64,000 bases of DNA from Pseudomonadota bacterium. GTDB lineage: Bacteria; Myxococcota_A; Polyangia; Polyangiales; Polyangiaceae. This document shows, piece by piece, positions 62,678-64,000 of this stretch. Position numbers and translations under genes: made by a program. The stretch is taken from contig JAEYVE010000083.1 in NCBI GenBank assembly GCA_023432025.1, forward strand, positions 4,244 to 68,243. Reading direction: 5' to 3'. Under the pieces are notes generated by a model. That model was not told the DNA's origin and did not search any database. It saw nothing but the letters and a program-made list of their open reading frames with translations. Numbering within the stretch: the first letter of the stretch is position 1; every line of letters starts with the position of its first letter.

Positions 62678-64000
62678 ATGGAACCAAAGAACACCGAGCC
62701 CACGTCTGCGCCGAATGAAGGCGCATCGGATGAGTCCCTGGACATCGCCATCGTCGGTATGGCGGGCCGCTTCCCCGGCGCCAAGAACATCGACGAGTTC
62801 TGGACCAATCTGGTTTCGGGCAAGGAGTCCATCCGCGTCCTCACGGACGAGGAGCTACTGCGAGCGGGCGTTCCGCGCCGCGAGTTCGAGCACCCCGACT
62901 ACGTGCGGGCGTGTCCGGTGCTCGAGGACATCGACAAGTTCGACGCAGCCTTCTTCGGCTTGAGCCCGCGCGACGCGTCCGTGATGGACCCGGCGCACCG
63001 CTTCTTCTTGGAGGTGGCGTGGGAGGCGCTCGAGCACTCAGGCAACACGGGTTTGCCCCAAGAGGGGCGCGTGGGCGTGTGGGCGGGCTCCGGCGCGCCG
63101 CTCTACTGGATGAACAACGTCCGCACGCACCGCGAAATCATGGAGTCCATGGGGGAGTTCCTCGTTCGCCACACCGGCAACGACATGAACTTCCTGGCGA
63201 CGCGCGCGTCCTACGATCTGGATCTGCGCGGTCCGAGCGTAAACGTGCAGACGGCGTGCTCGTCGGCGCTCGTGGCGGCGCACATGGCGCGTCAGAGCCT
63301 CTTGGCGCGGGAGTGCGACATGGCGCTCATCGGCGGCTCGACCATCGTCGTGCCGATGGGCCACGGCTACCACTACAAGGAGGGAGAGATTCTCTCACCG
63401 GACGGCCACTGCCGCCCCTTCGATCACAGGAGCGCCGGCACCGTCTTCGGCAGCGGCACGGCGTGCCTGGTGCTGAAGCGCCTCACGGACGCGCTGGACC
63501 ACGGCGACACCATCTACGCCGTCATCAAGGGCTCGGCCATCAACAACGACGGCTCCGTCAAGGTGGGGTACCTGGCGCCGGGCGTGGAAGGGCAAGTGGA
63601 CGCCATTCGAGAGGCGCTCAAGGCGTCGCGTCTCTCGGCGCGCGACATCGGCTACGTGGAGGCGCACGGCACCGGTACCAGCGTGGGCGACCCCATCGAG
63701 CTCACGGCGCTCGATCAAGCGTTCTCCGAGCAAACGTCGGACAAGCAGTTCTGCGGCGTCGGTTCGGTCAAGTCGAACATTGGCCATTTGGGAGAGGCGG
63801 CCGCGGGTGCCTCGTTGATCAAGGTGGCGCTCGCGCTGAAGAACAAAAAGATCCCGCCGAGCCTCGGCTACGAAAAGCCGAACCCGCGCTTCCCGCTGGA
63901 GGAGAGCCCGTTTTTCGTGAATGCCAGCTTGCGTGAGTGGGACGGCGACGGTCGCCCGCTGCGCGCCGGCATCACGGCGCTCGGCGCCGGCGGCACGAAC
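62678..64000 (+). CDS. Type I polyketide synthase, N-terminal ketosynthase domain (3'-truncated by the window edge)
   Basis: The frame is open from ATG 62678 to the window end and is not listed in the ORF track. Motifs are DIAIVGMAGRFPGA, PSVNVQTACSSALVA (Cys codon 63257-63259), VEAHGTGTSVGDPIE and SVKSNIGHLGEAAG. Confidence 0.9.
   Translation, partial: MEPKNTEPTSAPNEGASDESLDIAIVGMAGRFPGAKNIDEFWTNLVSGKESIRVLTDEELLRAGVPRREFEHPDYVRACPVLEDIDKFDAAFFGLSPRDASVMDPAHRFFLEVAWEALEHSGNTGLPQEGRVGVWAGSGAPLYWMNNVRTHREIMESMGEFLVRHTGNDMNFLATRASYDLDLRGPSVNVQTACSSALVAAHMARQSLLARECDMALIGGSTIVVPMGHGYHYKEGEILSPDGHCRPFDHRSAGTVFGSGTACLVLKRLTDALDHGDTIYAVIKGSAINNDGSVKVGYLAPGVEGQVDAIREALKASRLSARDIGYVEAHGTGTSVGDPIELTALDQAFSEQTSDKQFCGVGSVKSNIGHLGEAAAGASLIKVALALKNKKIPPSLGYEKPNPRFPLEESPFFVNASLREWDGDGRPLRAGITALGAGGTN

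Noticed and set aside
62615-62680. The NRPS stop (TGA 62615-62617) and the PKS ATG (62678) are in the same reading frame, separated by 20 sense codons. This could suggest a split or read-through megasynthase.
   Set aside because: The chance of a shared frame is one in three. The spacer peptide has no linker or docking-like features that I can recognise, and separate NRPS and PKS polypeptides are normal.
1-64000. A search by eye for tRNA/rRNA genes, CRISPR repeat-spacer periodicity, IS inverted repeats, transposase/integrase/recombinase genes, toxin-antitoxin pairs and known defence-system genes.
   Set aside because: None was found. The only periodic repeats are the short tandem duplications and in-frame coding repeats listed above. 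A computational scan (tRNAscan-SE, Infernal/Rfam, ISEScan, DefenseFinder/PADLOC) would be needed to exclude small or divergent elements.

Overview
This is a high-GC (about 70%) chromosomal segment. It looks myxobacterial (Myxococcota, Sorangiineae-like) because of its Hanks-type kinase, FHA protein, sigma-54 enhancer-binding protein, long Pro/Ala/Ser-rich linkers and large NRPS/PKS genes; that placement is inference only. I support about 45 protein-coding genes.

- **Block 1 (1-13.1 kb), envelope and housekeeping:** an interrupted Ser/Thr kinase, Lgt, a three-gene iron/B12-type ABC importer translationally coupled behind type III pantothenate kinase, an OMP-like beta-barrel, EcsC, and an MBOAT O-acyltransferase.
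- **Block 2 (13.2-24.8 kb), signalling island (after a polysaccharide deacetylase at 13.2-14.0 kb, divergent from the MBOAT gene):** a HAMP histidine kinase, a GAF-GGDEF cyclase with an intact I-site, a stand-alone EAL protein and a 7TM-PAS kinase. These are followed by a consensus sigma-54 promoter driving REC / kinase-HPt / sigma-54 activator genes.
- **Block 3 (25-43.4 kb), mixed:** a methyltransferase, a double-wHTH protein coupled to a GH30-like lipoprotein, a HEAT-cyclophilin lipoprotein, DUF218, PcnB, an FHA protein, a signal-peptidase-like protein, ProB, a degenerate ABC-ATPase-like protein, an extended SppA, a UDPGP-type uridylyltransferase and a transglutaminase-like protein.
- **Block 4 (43.8-64 kb), accessory biosynthetic locus.** It interleaves:
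  - a priming polyprenyl-phosphate sugar transferase and three glycosyltransferases;
  - methylmalonyl-CoA mutase with MeaB;
  - two glycine-predicted NRPSs;
  - the first KS of a PKS that runs off the window.

The most unusual object is the 1958-aa NRPS at 56741-62617. It reads formyltransferase-like domain, half condensation domain, then a Gly adenylation domain interrupted twice (a luciferase-like monooxygenase and a methyltransferase), then PCP.

I saw no rRNA, tRNA, CRISPR array, transposase or integrase. All calls come from reading translated motifs by eye; no searches were run.
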